64,000 nt of DNA from Candidatus Bathyarchaeota archaeon (GCA_963775685.1 CAVZJV010000014.1:1664001-1728000), one strand, 5' to 3'; counted from the stretch's first letter, positions 1 through 10,566 are shown. Numbers and translations: made by a program. Notes: generated by a model not told the origin, from the sequence alone.

Positions 1-1
1 A

Positions 2-655
2 AACTCCAGCCAATTTGCTTACAGCTACAACCCCATATGGGTTTCTTTCCGACCGACATTTTGGGCTTCCCTGCTGGCTGTAGCAACATGTTTTACTGTG
101 TTTTTCGTTAGAAGACGAAAACCTAAAGAGGAAACTTACGCAGAAAAAACCGAACGTCTATCTGCCTTTGAAACTGCTCCAACACCACCCACGCAGAAAG
201 CAAAAGGTTCAGAGTTAAAAGCATCAAAGACAATTTCTGCAGAAACCATTCGAGAATTCATAGACGCATACGAGGACAAGAAACAGTTAAACGCCGAATT
301 GAAATCAATGGATGCAAAAGCGCAGAAGGGAAAAATCCCAAGACGGCAATACAAAGTGCAACGAACCGCTGTAGAAATGCGTCTTAAAGGAATAAACAGA
401 AACATAGATAGGACAAAAGCAACCTTCCGGGACACAATAGGCGGATATAGTGACTTAGTCAAGCAATTGGATTTGGCGGAGGCAGATTTAGATAAAGCAG
501 AAGAAAACATCAAGACTTTAGAATCACGCCAGAGCAAGGGTGAAATTTCGCTTGAAACCTACAAGAGAAGCATCGGAGACTACCAGAAACAAAGAGACAA
601 AGCCGAATCAGCAATCAACGGAATCCTGCTGAGATTACGTGAAAAAATCCGCTAA
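2..655 (+). CDS. Partial (5'-truncated) membrane-anchored protein with C-terminal coiled coil
   Basis: Frame open from window start: ...YSYNPIWVSFRPTFWASLLAVATCFTVFFVRRRK (TM helix + basic stop-transfer), then a helical Lys/Glu-rich tail. Confidence 0.75.
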   Translation, partial: NSSQFAYSYNPIWVSFRPTFWASLLAVATCFTVFFVRRRKPKEETYAEKTERLSAFETAPTPPTQKAKGSELKASKTISAETIREFIDAYEDKKQLNAELKSMDAKAQKGKIPRRQYKVQRTAVEMRLKGINRNIDRTKATFRDTIGGYSDLVKQLDLAEADLDKAEENIKTLESRQSKGEISLETYKRSIGDYQKQRDKAESAINGILLRLREKIR

Positions 656-720
656 AACACCTAAACCCTTTTATTTTACTCATCAACTTTTGGGTTAAAA
701 TAACCCAGAGGTAGACAAAA

Positions 721-900
721 ATGGTAAAAATTGTTGTCGATCCTAAATGCACTGGATGCGAAACTTGTGTCAATACTTGCCCTGTCGGCGTATACGAAAT
801 CAAAGACGGCAAGTCAGTGCCCAGCAAATCAAGCGAATGCTTAGTCTGCAGAGCATGTGAAGCACAATGTCCTGAAGGTGCAATTCAGGTAATCGAGTAA
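721..900 (+). CDS. 2[4Fe-4S] ferredoxin (59 aa, missing from ORF track)
   Basis: MVKIVVDPKCTGCETCVNTCPVGVYEIKDGKSVPSKSSECLVCRACEAQCPEGAIQVIE: two CxxCxxCxxxCP motifs; GAGGT upstream. Confidence 0.95.
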   Translation: MVKIVVDPKCTGCETCVNTCPVGVYEIKDGKSVPSKSSECLVCRACEAQCPEGAIQVIE

Positions 901-1033
901 AAACCAAAAAGATCCTCAGCAAAATCTCAATTCTAAATTGAGAGAGTTTTCCCTTTCTTAGTCAAACGTTTTTTAACCAACTTTCTTTTGCTTAGAAAAG
1001 CCATAGCCCCATTTTTAATGGGAAGGTAGTAGC

Positions 1034-1144
1034 TTAATCTTCGATGTTTAGTAAAAACTCGATAACCTTGGCGAGTTGCTTTGCGGTTTCGCCGTCAAGA
1101 ATTTGTTCTTCATCTATTTTTATTGGGGCTTTTTCAGCGCGCAT
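1034..1144 (-). CDS. Putative 36-aa small protein
   Basis: MRAEKAPIKIDEEQILDGETAKQLAKVIEFLLNIED; AAGGT upstream, AT-rich TATA-like box at ~1167-1178. Confidence 0.45.
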   Translation of the reverse strand: MRAEKAPIKIDEEQILDGETAKQLAKVIEFLLNIED

Positions 1145-1192
1145 AGTTTTACCTTATCGAAGGCTTTTGTTATAACAATATCTCTGGCTGAT

Positions 1193-1209
1193 ACTTCGAA
1201 GTTCGAAGT
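1193..1209. promoter_or_regulatory. 17-bp palindrome ACTTCGAA-G-TTCGAAGT, putative transcription-factor site
   Basis: Perfect 8-bp inverted arms in the intergenic region upstream of the small ORF's TATA-like box. Confidence 0.4.
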
Positions 1210-1421
1210 GGAGCAAAATAAAAAATCGACATTTTGACATTTTCATGTAAATTACAGAGTTCATCGACAACTAAACGACGGAGAAAATACGGATGGAGCA
1301 GTTTAACCCAGTTTTTTGGTGAAAAATGGGTTCACTGTCCGATCGAATACAACGCATCACCCAAAAAACTCAAGGCTGCAATAAAATATACATATATGTC
1401 AAAACGGCGCTAAAGCTTGTT

Positions 1422-1697
1422 ATGCCAGACAAAGTACATTGTTGCCACATACTAGTCAAAACAGAAACAGAAGCCAAGAACGCCAAAGCCCGCCTAGACA
1501 AAGGCGAAAAATTCAGCGCCATAGCCCAACAAATTTCTCTCTGCCCATCCGGAAAAAAAGGCGGAGACCTCGGCAACTTCACAAGGGGCAAAATGGTTAA
1601 GGAATTTGAGAAAGCCGCCTTCGATCTTGAGAAGGGCCAAACTTCTGCTCCCGTCAAGACTAAGTTTGGGTACCACATCATAAAAAGAATAGAGTAA
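1422..1697 (+). CDS. Parvulin-type peptidyl-prolyl isomerase
   Basis: HILVK...SLCPSGKKGGDLG...MVKEFEKAAF...TKFGYHII; likely start ATG at 1422. Confidence 0.93.
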   Translation: MPDKVHCCHILVKTETEAKNAKARLDKGEKFSAIAQQISLCPSGKKGGDLGNFTRGKMVKEFEKAAFDLEKGQTSAPVKTKFGYHIIKRIE

Positions 1698-1719
1698 GCT
1701 AAAGCGAATTAGGTTAGAC

Positions 1720-2523
1720 TTGGCCCTAACAGCATTTTTTAATATTCACTCAAACAATCAGCAACCGTTAGGAGCGCAATTGAACAACACGAAGCTTAAG
1801 CTAACCTCAAAAAGCAGGCCCCTATTCATAGTTTGCATAGTGTTCCTGCTGGCTCTTTTGCTTGTCACACTTTTCAGAAATAGCTTCCATTCGGTAGATG
1901 TAGAGGTTAACACTTGGATTCCATCAATCCAATCTGGTCCTTTGACTTTTTTAACTAAAGGAGTAGCCTTGATCTTTGACACAACCAGCCTTGTAATAAT
2001 GTCCTTAGTGATTTCAGGAGTTCTTTTCCTGAAAAATAACAAATCGCAAGGTCTGCTGTTGTTGGGCGCGATGGGTGGCGAGGCCCTATTTGTAACTGTT
2101 ATAAAAAATCTATACCATGTTGCTAGACCTAGCAATGCCTTCATTTCCAATTCGGGTTTTTCTTATCCAAGCGGCCACAGTGCTGGCTGCATAGTCTTTG
2201 TGGGGATACTTGCCTATTTTGCTTGGCGGCATTGGCAGAGTACACGTTCGCGGGCTCTGATTGCGGGGGGCTGGGGTGTACTGGTTGTTGTTGTCGGCTT
2301 TGACAGGTTATACTTGAATGTTCACTGGCTAAGTGACGTTTTGGGTGGATATTTAGCAGGTTTATTTTTGTTATCATTTGTTATTTTGGTATTTCAGCAG
2401 TTGAGGACTGCTAGAAAATTTGAGTCACTACAGTTTAGTTATTTTGCCAACTTGCTTTACGTGGCGGCCATTGTAGTTTCAGTTTTTGTTGTTTTGCTAG
2501 GGTTGCTTGGGGTTATTGCTTGA
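1720..2523 (+). CDS. PAP2-family membrane phosphatase
   Basis: K...RP, SYPSGH and RLYLNVHWLSDVLGG motifs; several TM helices; start uncertain. Confidence 0.9.
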   Translation: MALTAFFNIHSNNQQPLGAQLNNTKLKLTSKSRPLFIVCIVFLLALLLVTLFRNSFHSVDVEVNTWIPSIQSGPLTFLTKGVALIFDTTSLVIMSLVISGVLFLKNNKSQGLLLLGAMGGEALFVTVIKNLYHVARPSNAFISNSGFSYPSGHSAGCIVFVGILAYFAWRHWQSTRSRALIAGGWGVLVVVVGFDRLYLNVHWLSDVLGGYLAGLFLLSFVILVFQQLRTARKFESLQFSYFANLLYVAAIVVSVFVVLLGLLGVIA

Positions 2524-2620
2524 CTTTTTGATGTTAAAGATATATCTTTTTCAGACACATTTATATTCGCGCAACCTCCATAAACACCCCTACAAAAAAG
2601 CGCATGCGAGGGCAAACTAA

Positions 2621-5038
2621 ATGAGCCAAGATAAAACGAAAAAAATTACACTAAACATCGGCGGCATGAGCTGCATAAACTGCGCACACACCATCGAAAA
2701 ACAACTCTCCAAACTAAACGGCGTAGCCCAAGCAACCGTAAACCTCGCTGCCGAAAAAGCAATCATAGACTACAACCCCGACCTCGTAGACCAGAAAACC
2801 ATAGAAGCCACCATCGCCCAAGCAGGCTACAAAGTAATCCATGAAAAAATCACCCTCCAAGTCGGTGGCATTAGTTGCGTTAACTGCGCCAAAACCATAG
2901 AAAAAGCCCTAAACAACCGCGAAGGCGTCTACAGCGCCAATGTTATTTTTGCTGCGGAAAAAGTCACTGTTGAATACAACCCTGAACAAATAAGCGTGGC
3001 AGGCATCAAAAAAACCATCCAAGACGTCGGCTATACCGTAATTGAACAAGAAAAAACCCTCGAAGACACCGAAGGTAAAGAACGCAAACGCCACATCAAA
3101 CGCTTAGAAATTCTCTTAGCCGTCAGTGTCGCATTAACCATTCCAATATTGAGTCTAATGTGGTTATCCCCCTTTCCTATGGAGCAAAACAACATCTTGA
3201 TGTTTCTGCTTGCAACCCCAGTGCAATTTATCGTGGGGTGGACCTTCTACATTGGCGCATACAAGGGCTTAAAAAACAAAAGTGCCAATATGGACACCTT
3301 AATCGCGATGGGCACATCCACAGCTTACATATATAGCACAGTGGCAACTTTCGCACCAAACGCCCTTCCCGGTGCATCAGTTTTCTTCGATACCGCAACA
3401 ATGATAATGTCCTTCATCTTACTTGGTAAACTATTGGATGCCATCGCTAAAGGCAGAACCTCCGAAGCAATCCGCAAAATCATGGGGCTCCAAGCAAAAA
3501 TCGCTCGCGTAATCCGAAACGGCGAAGAACTCGAAGTTCCCGTGGAAGAGGTTCAGGTTGGCGACATTGTGATTGTGCGTCCGGGAGAAAAAATCCCCGT
3601 TGACGGCATTGTAATCGATGGTTACTCGGGTGTTGACGAGAAAGTTATCACTGGCGAGAGCATACCTGTTGAAAAGAAGGCATGTGACCAAGTCGTCGGA
3701 GCAACCATGAACAAGACTGGCATGCTCAAGTTTAAAGCGACAAAAATCGGCAAGGACACAGTTTTAGCCCAAATCATTAACCTCGTAGAAGACGCTCTTA
3801 GCTCAAAGGCACCTGTTCAGAGATTGGCTGATGTTGCATCAGGTTACTTTGTTCCCATTATCATAATAACTGCTACTCTTTCGGCGTTGGCATGGTACTT
3901 TATAGTTGGCGAAAGCTTCATCTTCGCACTCACAGTTTTCATCGCCGTAATAGTAGTAGCTTGCCCCTGCGCTCTTGGACTCGCCACCCCAACCGCCATA
4001 ATGGTTGGAGTTGGGAAAGGTGCTGAAAACGGTATCCTCATCAAAAGCGGCGAAACATTAGAAGCAGCACATAAACTTCAGGCGGTAGTTTTCGACAAAA
4101 CAGGAACATTAACCAAAGGCGAACCCGAAATCACCGATATTCGCCCGACCAAAGCTTTCACTGAAGAGCAGCTGCTGATACTTGCGGCTATGGCAGAGAA
4201 AAATTCGGAACATCCACTTGGAGAAGCCATCGTGAAGAGGGCCGCTGAAAAGGGACTCAAGGTTGAGGAGCCTGAATTGTTCAATGCTCTGCCAGGTTAT
4301 GGTGTAGAAGTCGACAGTAAAGGCACCAAAATCTTGTTGGGAAACCGCAAGTTGATGGAAGCAAACAACTTGGATATCGGCGAATTGGAAGCGGAAATGA
4401 AAGGGTTGGAGGAAGAAGGAAAAACAGCCATGCTCGTAGCAGTAGATAATAAAGTTGCCGGTTTAATCGCAGTCGCAGACACCCTAAAAGAATATTCTGC
4501 AGAAGCTGTAAGCAAGCTCAAAGCGATGGGTTTAGAAGTCGTAATGATTACAGGAGACAACCAACGAACAGCACAATCCATTGCAAAGCAAATCGGCGTT
4601 ACCCAAGTATTGGCAGAGGTCCTTCCAAGCGAAAAAGCGACCGAAATTAAGCGACTGCAAACAGAAGGCAAAGTGGTCGCAATGGTTGGAGACGGCATAA
4701 ACGATGCTCCAGCTTTGGCTCAGGCAAACATCGGCATAGCGGTGGGAAGCGGAACCGATGTAGCTATGGAGACAGGAGATATCGTTTTAATCAAGAACGA
4801 TTTGCGCGATGTGGTCGTTGCAATTCAGTTGAGCCGAGCCACAATGCGTAAAATCCGCCAAAACCTATTCTGGGCGTTCTTCTACAACGTAGCGCTTATT
4901 CCGTTGGCGGCAGGCGCTTTTTACCCGATTCTGCATGTGCTCTTTAACCCAGTGTACGCAGCGGCAGCGATGGCAAGTAGTTCAGTGACCGTAGTAACCA
5001 ACGCATCACTCCTCAAAAGGTTTAAACCAAAAATCTAA
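2621..5038 (+). CDS. copA: Cu(I)-translocating P1B-type ATPase
   Basis: Two CxxC HMA domains, TGES, CPC, DKTGT, GDGIND, YN and MASSS motifs. Confidence 0.97.
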   Translation: MSQDKTKKITLNIGGMSCINCAHTIEKQLSKLNGVAQATVNLAAEKAIIDYNPDLVDQKTIEATIAQAGYKVIHEKITLQVGGISCVNCAKTIEKALNNREGVYSANVIFAAEKVTVEYNPEQISVAGIKKTIQDVGYTVIEQEKTLEDTEGKERKRHIKRLEILLAVSVALTIPILSLMWLSPFPMEQNNILMFLLATPVQFIVGWTFYIGAYKGLKNKSANMDTLIAMGTSTAYIYSTVATFAPNALPGASVFFDTATMIMSFILLGKLLDAIAKGRTSEAIRKIMGLQAKIARVIRNGEELEVPVEEVQVGDIVIVRPGEKIPVDGIVIDGYSGVDEKVITGESIPVEKKACDQVVGATMNKTGMLKFKATKIGKDTVLAQIINLVEDALSSKAPVQRLADVASGYFVPIIIITATLSALAWYFIVGESFIFALTVFIAVIVVACPCALGLATPTAIMVGVGKGAENGILIKSGETLEAAHKLQAVVFDKTGTLTKGEPEITDIRPTKAFTEEQLLILAAMAEKNSEHPLGEAIVKRAAEKGLKVEEPELFNALPGYGVEVDSKGTKILLGNRKLMEANNLDIGELEAEMKGLEEEGKTAMLVAVDNKVAGLIAVADTLKEYSAEAVSKLKAMGLEVVMITGDNQRTAQSIAKQIGVTQVLAEVLPSEKATEIKRLQTEGKVVAMVGDGINDAPALAQANIGIAVGSGTDVAMETGDIVLIKNDLRDVVVAIQLSRATMRKIRQNLFWAFFYNVALIPLAAGAFYPILHVLFNPVYAAAAMASSSVTVVTNASLLKRFKPKI

Positions 5039-5077
5039 CTCACAAAGTCAAAACGAAACAACATCGGAGGTGAAAAA

Positions 5078-5272
5078 TTGGTGAAAGATTTAGTATGCAA
5101 CATGGATGTTGACGAGAAAACCGCGAAGTACAAAACACTCTTCCAAGGCAAATACTACTATTTCTGTGCGACAGGATGCAAAAAAGAATTTGAGGCAAAC
5201 CCCCAAAAGTACATAGGCGGCAATTCTGGACCTTCAAGTCACAGTTGCAATTGTGGTCACGACCATTGCTAA
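5078..5272 (+). CDS. YHS/TRASH-domain putative copper chaperone
   Basis: DLVCNMDV...YYFCATGC..F; His/Cys tail HSCNCGHDHC; GGAGGTGA RBS; directly after copA. Confidence 0.88.
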   Translation: MVKDLVCNMDVDEKTAKYKTLFQGKYYYFCATGCKKEFEANPQKYIGGNSGPSSHSCNCGHDHC

Positions 5273-5333
5273 ACCCGTTGAGGTTTAATCTTAACGTTCT
5301 TTTCTTTTTGTTTACTTTAGACTTTTTTTACAG

Positions 5334-6044
5334 TTAGGGCATCTTTGGTTTATCACTTAAAATTGACTGTGCAGGTTGGGTAAGTTGGAATGCACCCAAC
5401 AGAACATGTTCTGCAAACAAGTCCTCATTGAATGCCCCGACAAACTCGATGTTCTCATTAATCATTATTTTGGGAACACCGATTACATTATATTTCATGG
5501 CTAAGGCGGGGAATTCGCTGGTTTCTATTACGTCAGCCTTGACCATGTCGCTTTCGATGGCTAATTTGTGTGCTACCGCAGCGGCGGCTGGGCAGTGGGG
5601 GCAGGTTAGAGTAACAAAGACTTGAATGTGGACGGGAGATTTGACGTCTGTTAGGATTTGCTTGGTTTTGTCGGAGAGGTCAGTTTGGCCCTTCGAAACG
5701 TTTATGACCGCTTCAATTAACGTTTGCAACTCATACCCATATGGAATCCCATAGATTCTAACCCCGTAATCCTTCTTGCCAATTATAGCTAACGCAGGAA
5801 TCTTGTCAATGCCGTATTCCTTGGCTTTGGCGCCGTCAGCTATGAAATCGTAAACCTCAGTGTTTATTTTATCGTTTAAGGTAGCGAGTTCCAACGCGAG
5901 TTTTCTTGTATCCGAGCAGAATCGGCATTCAATCTCTTGAGTAAACATGACAATTTTTACATTATCAACCAGTTTTTCCTTAAAATCATTCTTCAAAAGT
6001 TCTTTTTTATCATCAGGAAGTAAACTCAAATTTTTTGCCTCCAC
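5334..6044 (-). CDS. Protein disulfide oxidoreductase (two thioredoxin folds)
   Basis: CRFC and CPHC active sites, GIPYGYE, GVPK. Confidence 0.9.
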   Translation of the reverse strand: MEAKNLSLLPDDKKELLKNDFKEKLVDNVKIVMFTQEIECRFCSDTRKLALELATLNDKINTEVYDFIADGAKAKEYGIDKIPALAIIGKKDYGVRIYGIPYGYELQTLIEAVINVSKGQTDLSDKTKQILTDVKSPVHIQVFVTLTCPHCPAAAAVAHKLAIESDMVKADVIETSEFPALAMKYNVIGVPKIMINENIEFVGAFNEDLFAEHVLLGAFQLTQPAQSILSDKPKMP

Positions 6045-6184
6045 AAGTCACTGCCACTTTGCATTTACCATTAACTCTAGGATTACCAGGCATATAACTT
6101 TAGAGTTTCCAGCAACTTTAGGAACGAAAGTCATATAGGTTTGCATTTTCTTTTTGTTAAGCGAAGTTTTGGAGAAGAATTATT

Positions 6185-7375
6185 ATGATAAAAGTTCCTT
6201 TGAAGGATGGAGTAAACTGGGTCGGCGTTGTCGACTGGAATATAAGGGACTTCCATGGTTATATCACCTCTCGCGGAAGCAGCTACAACGCCTACCTGAT
6301 ACAGGACGAAAAAACAGCATTAGTAGACACTGTCAAACACTCATTCGCTGGTGAACTCGTAGAGAACATCTCCGCTTTGACAAGCCTCGAAAAAATTGAC
6401 TATATCATCGTTAACCATGTGGAAATGGACCACTCAAGCAGCCTCCCGGTCATAGCAAAACTGGCAAAAAACGCCAAGATCGTATCTTCAGTTCGCGGCA
6501 AAGAGGAACTCATTAAGCACTATGGTCCAGAGTTTGAGCGGATTGAAACGGTAAAATCAGGAGACACTATAAAACTGGGAAAGAAAACTCTCACGTTCCT
6601 TGAAGCTCCGATGCTCCACTGGCCCGACAGCATGTTTACTTATCTGATTGAAGATAAAATCTTGATGCCCAATGACGCTTTTGGTCAGCATCTTGCAAGC
6701 TCGGGGAGATTTGACGATGAAGTGGACCAAACGGTGCTTATGGAAGAAGCTGTAACCTATTATGCGAACATCCTCATGCCATTTTCGCCACTTATCGTTA
6801 AGAAAATTCAGGAAGTCGTTGAAATGAAACTACCCATTGACATGATTGCACCAAGCCACGGCATCATCTGGCGTAAAGACCCAATGAAAATCGTCAATGC
6901 TTACGTAGATTGGTGCACATCCAAGACCGTGAAACAGAAGGCTATCATTGTTTTCGATACTATGTGGGGCAGTACCGACAAAATGGCACGCGCCATCGCT
7001 GATGGCATAATCAGCCAAGGCGTAGAAGCTAAACTGCTTAAGCTCCGAGCAACCGACAACACGGACATAGTCACTGAAATATTGGACGCGAAAGCGGTCG
7101 TTGTGGGGTCACCTACTCTAAATAATGGAATGTTTCCGTCACTTGGTACATTCCTAACTTACGTAACAGGCTTAAAACCCAAAGGCAAACTCTGGTGCTT
7201 CTTTGGCTCGTACGGTTGGGGAGGAGGAGCGGTCAAAAACATGGTTAAAACCGTTAAGGAATCAGGTTTTGAAGTGCTAGAGCCTGGCGTTGAGGCAAAA
7301 TGGGTTCCAACAATTGAAGAACTCGAAAAATGCTTTGAGTTTGGGCAACAAATCGCCCAAAAAATCAAAGCCTAA
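6185..7375 (+). CDS. fprA: Flavodiiron protein (FprA, A-type flavoprotein)
   Basis: HVEMDH, HWPD, DAFGQH, PSHG; C-terminal flavodoxin (GSYGWGG). Confidence 0.95.
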   Translation: MIKVPLKDGVNWVGVVDWNIRDFHGYITSRGSSYNAYLIQDEKTALVDTVKHSFAGELVENISALTSLEKIDYIIVNHVEMDHSSSLPVIAKLAKNAKIVSSVRGKEELIKHYGPEFERIETVKSGDTIKLGKKTLTFLEAPMLHWPDSMFTYLIEDKILMPNDAFGQHLASSGRFDDEVDQTVLMEEAVTYYANILMPFSPLIVKKIQEVVEMKLPIDMIAPSHGIIWRKDPMKIVNAYVDWCTSKTVKQKAIIVFDTMWGSTDKMARAIADGIISQGVEAKLLKLRATDNTDIVTEILDAKAVVVGSPTLNNGMFPSLGTFLTYVTGLKPKGKLWCFFGSYGWGGGAVKNMVKTVKESGFEVLEPGVEAKWVPTIEELEKCFEFGQQIAQKIKA

Positions 7376-7875
7376 TTTATTTTCATAAATTTTTCTTTTA
7401 GTGTAGCACAGATTGGGCACATGTCAGGCATGTTGCCTTCGAAGGTGTTGCCACATACAGGGCACACGTGCATGTCTACTGACAGTAGGTCTTTTTGGTT
7501 TTTGAGGGCGTCAATGGCTTTTTGGTAGAGGTTGGCATGGATTTGCTCAACCTGATTCGCATAGTTGAAGCTTAATTCAGCTTTTTTGTTTTTTTCTTTT
7601 TTGGCTTCCTCAATAAATTCAGGGTACATTTTTTTGAACTCGTAGGTTTCTCCTGACACTGCTGTGCCGAGATTATCAAGGGTTGATTTTACCTGTTCCA
7701 TCACCCTCAGATGGTTATGGGCGTGAACGGTTTCTGATTCCGCCGCTGCACGGAAAAGTTTAGCGATTTGAGGTAGGTTTTCTTCGTCCGCCTTCTTGGC
7801 AAACGCCAGGTACATACGATTGGCTTGGGATTCGCCTGCGAAGGCAGCTTTTAGGTTTTCATCAGTTTTTGCCAT
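7372..7875 (-). CDS. rbr: Rubrerythrin
   Basis: AFAGESQA, ExxH pairs, CPVCG...CPIC rubredoxin tail. Confidence 0.95.
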   Translation of the reverse strand: MAKTDENLKAAFAGESQANRMYLAFAKKADEENLPQIAKLFRAAAESETVHAHNHLRVMEQVKSTLDNLGTAVSGETYEFKKMYPEFIEEAKKEKNKKAELSFNYANQVEQIHANLYQKAIDALKNQKDLLSVDMHVCPVCGNTFEGNMPDMCPICATLKEKFMKIN

Positions 7876-8000
7876 AAAATTCACTGAAAAATATTAAGGG
7901 ACAGGCAGGTAATAAGCTATACCGTGCCGCTTTGATTGCTTCATGGTAAAGTATATTAGTTATTTTTTCCTTTGGAACTATTGATTTTTGGTGAAATTTT

Positions 8001-8615
8001 ATGGAAAAAATAAAAATGTTTACTCTACCCAAACTGCCCTACGATTACAACGCACTTGCACCCTACATTTCAGAGGAACAATTAAAACTCCACCATGACA
8101 AACACCATCAAGGATACGTAAATGGCGCAAACGCCATCTTTGAAAAAATGGATAAAGCGCACCAAGAAAATCTGGCTCTCGACGTTAAGACGCTTGTAAA
8201 AGAGTTATCCTTTCACATTGGCGGTCACCTATTGCACACAACTTACTGGGAGAACATGGCGCCGGCAGGCAAAGGTGGAGGAGGACAACCTGGAGGAGCG
8301 GTCGCCGACATGATTGACATGGGCTTTGGAAGCTTTGAGCTTTTTAAAAAGCAGTTCACGATGGCTGCCACAAGCACTGAAGGTTCAGGCTGGGCAGTAT
8401 TAGCTGCCCATTCCTGCATTGGAAGACCGCTTATCATGCAGATTGAAAAACACAATGTGAACGTTTTCCCTAACTTCCAAATCTTGATGGCGGTGGATGT
8501 TTGGGAACACGCCTACTACCTTGACTACAAAAATGATCGCGCCAAGTTTGTGGATGCCTTCTGGAACCTGGTCAACTGGGATAAAGTCAACAAGAACCTT
8601 AGTCTCGTAAAGTAA
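8001..8615 (+). CDS. sod: Fe/Mn superoxide dismutase
   Basis: LPYDYNALAP, HHDKHH, DVWEHAYY. Confidence 0.97.
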   Translation: MEKIKMFTLPKLPYDYNALAPYISEEQLKLHHDKHHQGYVNGANAIFEKMDKAHQENLALDVKTLVKELSFHIGGHLLHTTYWENMAPAGKGGGGQPGGAVADMIDMGFGSFELFKKQFTMAATSTEGSGWAVLAAHSCIGRPLIMQIEKHNVNVFPNFQILMAVDVWEHAYYLDYKNDRAKFVDAFWNLVNWDKVNKNLSLVK

Positions 8616-8636
8616 GCTTTTGCTTACCCTTTTTCA

Positions 8637-9290
8637 TTATTTAGATCTCTCGCTTTTAATTTTTTTAAGAAACTCATCAGGTTCCGTGGTCAGTCCTTTC
8701 TTAAGGTAGATAGATATCGCTGAAATTCTCTTAGCTGGGTCATTTCTCATGTTGATAGAGTGGAGGTAAATCAGCTTAACGCCAACTGGGTCCCTTGATA
8801 TTTGACCTTCCGTCAGTTTTAGAGCAAGAGACACAGCCTCGTTTATTGATCCGCCTGCCGCAATCAGCTTTATCTCATCAAACCTTGCCAGCGCCATGAG
8901 GCTTCTGATTACAAGCTTTTCCATAGGAATTTCATGACCAACACTTATAGTTCGATCACCGAGGCAATCCATGACCTTCTCTTCTTCTGCAACTAATTTT
9001 TCGTAATCCGCTGATTCTTTTTGGGCAAGGTGCGCAAAAATCGCAGCCATCTCCCCCCGAGGGATATCTTCAAGGTAGCCGAAGCCTATTTGGTTTATGT
9101 AGATTTTAGCAATTTCACAAGACAAATTTAAAGCAGAACATACAAGAAACATCGCTTCGCCAACGCCTACAACGATAACTGCACCTGCATCCATAATTTC
9201 AGAAATTATCCGCTCAGCAACGTCGCTTATCTTCAGTGAAACATCAGATGGTCCAACAACTATAACTTTACTGCTTAACGGCCCACTCAT
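8637..9290 (-). CDS. Hypothetical protein, probable tandem Alba-like domains
   Basis: Second half ISVG...DEIKLIAAGGSINEAVSLA...ISAISIYL resembles Alba; first half has a similar pattern. Confidence 0.55.
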   Translation of the reverse strand: MSGPLSSKVIVVGPSDVSLKISDVAERIISEIMDAGAVIVVGVGEAMFLVCSALNLSCEIAKIYINQIGFGYLEDIPRGEMAAIFAHLAQKESADYEKLVAEEEKVMDCLGDRTISVGHEIPMEKLVIRSLMALARFDEIKLIAAGGSINEAVSLALKLTEGQISRDPVGVKLIYLHSINMRNDPAKRISAISIYLKKGLTTEPDEFLKKIKSERSK

Positions 9291-9364
9291 GACAATGCAC
9301 TAAGCAGATAATGAGGCGCTTTCCGAATATAATACTTTTATCTAAAACAAAAAAAGCGATTGCC

Positions 9365-9682
9365 CTATGGGGGCGGAGTAATTTTTATCGCTGCAGCTGG
9401 GCACTGCATCTCGCATGCTAGGCATTGTATGCAGTCTTTTTCTCTTGCTGGGTCAGATTTTCGGTTGGATAGCGGGTGTCCTGGCGAGTCAGCCCAATCG
9501 TAAAGTGATACGGGACAGACGTCTATACACACACCATCTCCTAGGCAACTATCCCAGTCTACTGCGCTGGTTGCTCCATGAATTCCAAGCTTCTCTGGGG
9601 CGTCAACGGGTCCCCAGACTTTGTGTCCGTTATGTTCACTTACAACTTGTCGTTTGGTTTGAAAATCAGGGTCTATTGGCAA
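9365..9682 (-). CDS. zfx: Zinc-containing ferredoxin (Sulfolobus/Thermoplasma type)
   Basis: PIDPDF...EHNGHKVWGP...LGIHG N-terminal Zn extension, CLGDGVC..VCP and CIQCLAC..QCP; TTG start after GGTGA. Confidence 0.9.
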   Translation of the reverse strand: MPIDPDFQTKRQVVSEHNGHKVWGPVDAPEKLGIHGATSAVDWDSCLGDGVCIDVCPVSLYDWADSPGHPLSNRKSDPAREKDCIQCLACEMQCPAAAIKITPPP

Positions 9683-9786
9683 AAAATTCACCTAATAAAG
9701 TCAAGAAAGCATAGGATATTAGGCTTTCTGCTTTTTGGTTCCGCAAAGCATTTGGGTTCGTGTTAGAGGTAATAGTTATGGTTTGA

Positions 9787-10566
9787 ATGAGTCAATATTT
9801 CTCGCCTGCTGGAATGAAGTATGCAACTCTTGAAGAGCGAAAGCAGTTCTACAATCAAGAGTTTAGTCTCCAGAAGGTAAGGGAATGGTTCAAGAGTGAA
9901 CTGGGCAACATCAAGTTTGCAGTAATCATAGGAAGGCATACAAAGATTTACCCAGAAAAATATAAGCAAGACGCCTCGACCACCATAATAATTGACGAAT
10001 ACAAGAGCCTTGAAGATGTCTGCAAACAAATAGTGGAGTTTTTGCCTGAAGCTGTCTATTACGACCGTAATGTCTATGACTCAAATGACAGCAAGATGGG
10101 GCAGGAGTTGGCTTTTGATCTTGACCCCGAAAACATAACTTGCCCCATTCATGGCACCTTGGCGGATAAGATGACGCGAAAACAGGGATTGAGCTTCTGC
10201 GAAATCGAATTTGACATGGTTAAACAGGAAGCAATCGGACTCTTTGAATTTCTATCTGACAAGTTTTCTGATTTGAGGGTTGTTTATTCCGGCAGAGGCT
10301 TTCATCTACACGTCTTAGATCCCAAAGCCTACAAACTAAGCATAGATGAGCGGATTAAAGTTGCCCGACAAGCAAAACGGGAAGGTTTTCACATCGACGA
10401 TTGGGTAACCTCAGGCGAATTTCGCTTAATCAGGTTGCCCTACAGTCTAAACGCGTTGGTCTCAAGAATCGTGTTACCACTAAAAAAGGATGAACTGAGA
10501 AGCTTTGATGCCGCCCACGACAAACGTTGCCTACCAAAATTTTTGGGTGAAGAAGCTACTTTTTGA
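9787..10566 (+). CDS. Archaeo-eukaryotic primase small-subunit-like protein (PriS paralogue)
   Basis: AFDLDPE (DxD), YSGRGFH, RLIRLPYSL motifs; CPIH...C. Confidence 0.8.
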   Translation: MSQYFSPAGMKYATLEERKQFYNQEFSLQKVREWFKSELGNIKFAVIIGRHTKIYPEKYKQDASTTIIIDEYKSLEDVCKQIVEFLPEAVYYDRNVYDSNDSKMGQELAFDLDPENITCPIHGTLADKMTRKQGLSFCEIEFDMVKQEAIGLFEFLSDKFSDLRVVYSGRGFHLHVLDPKAYKLSIDERIKVARQAKREGFHIDDWVTSGEFRLIRLPYSLNALVSRIVLPLKKDELRSFDAAHDKRCLPKFLGEEATF

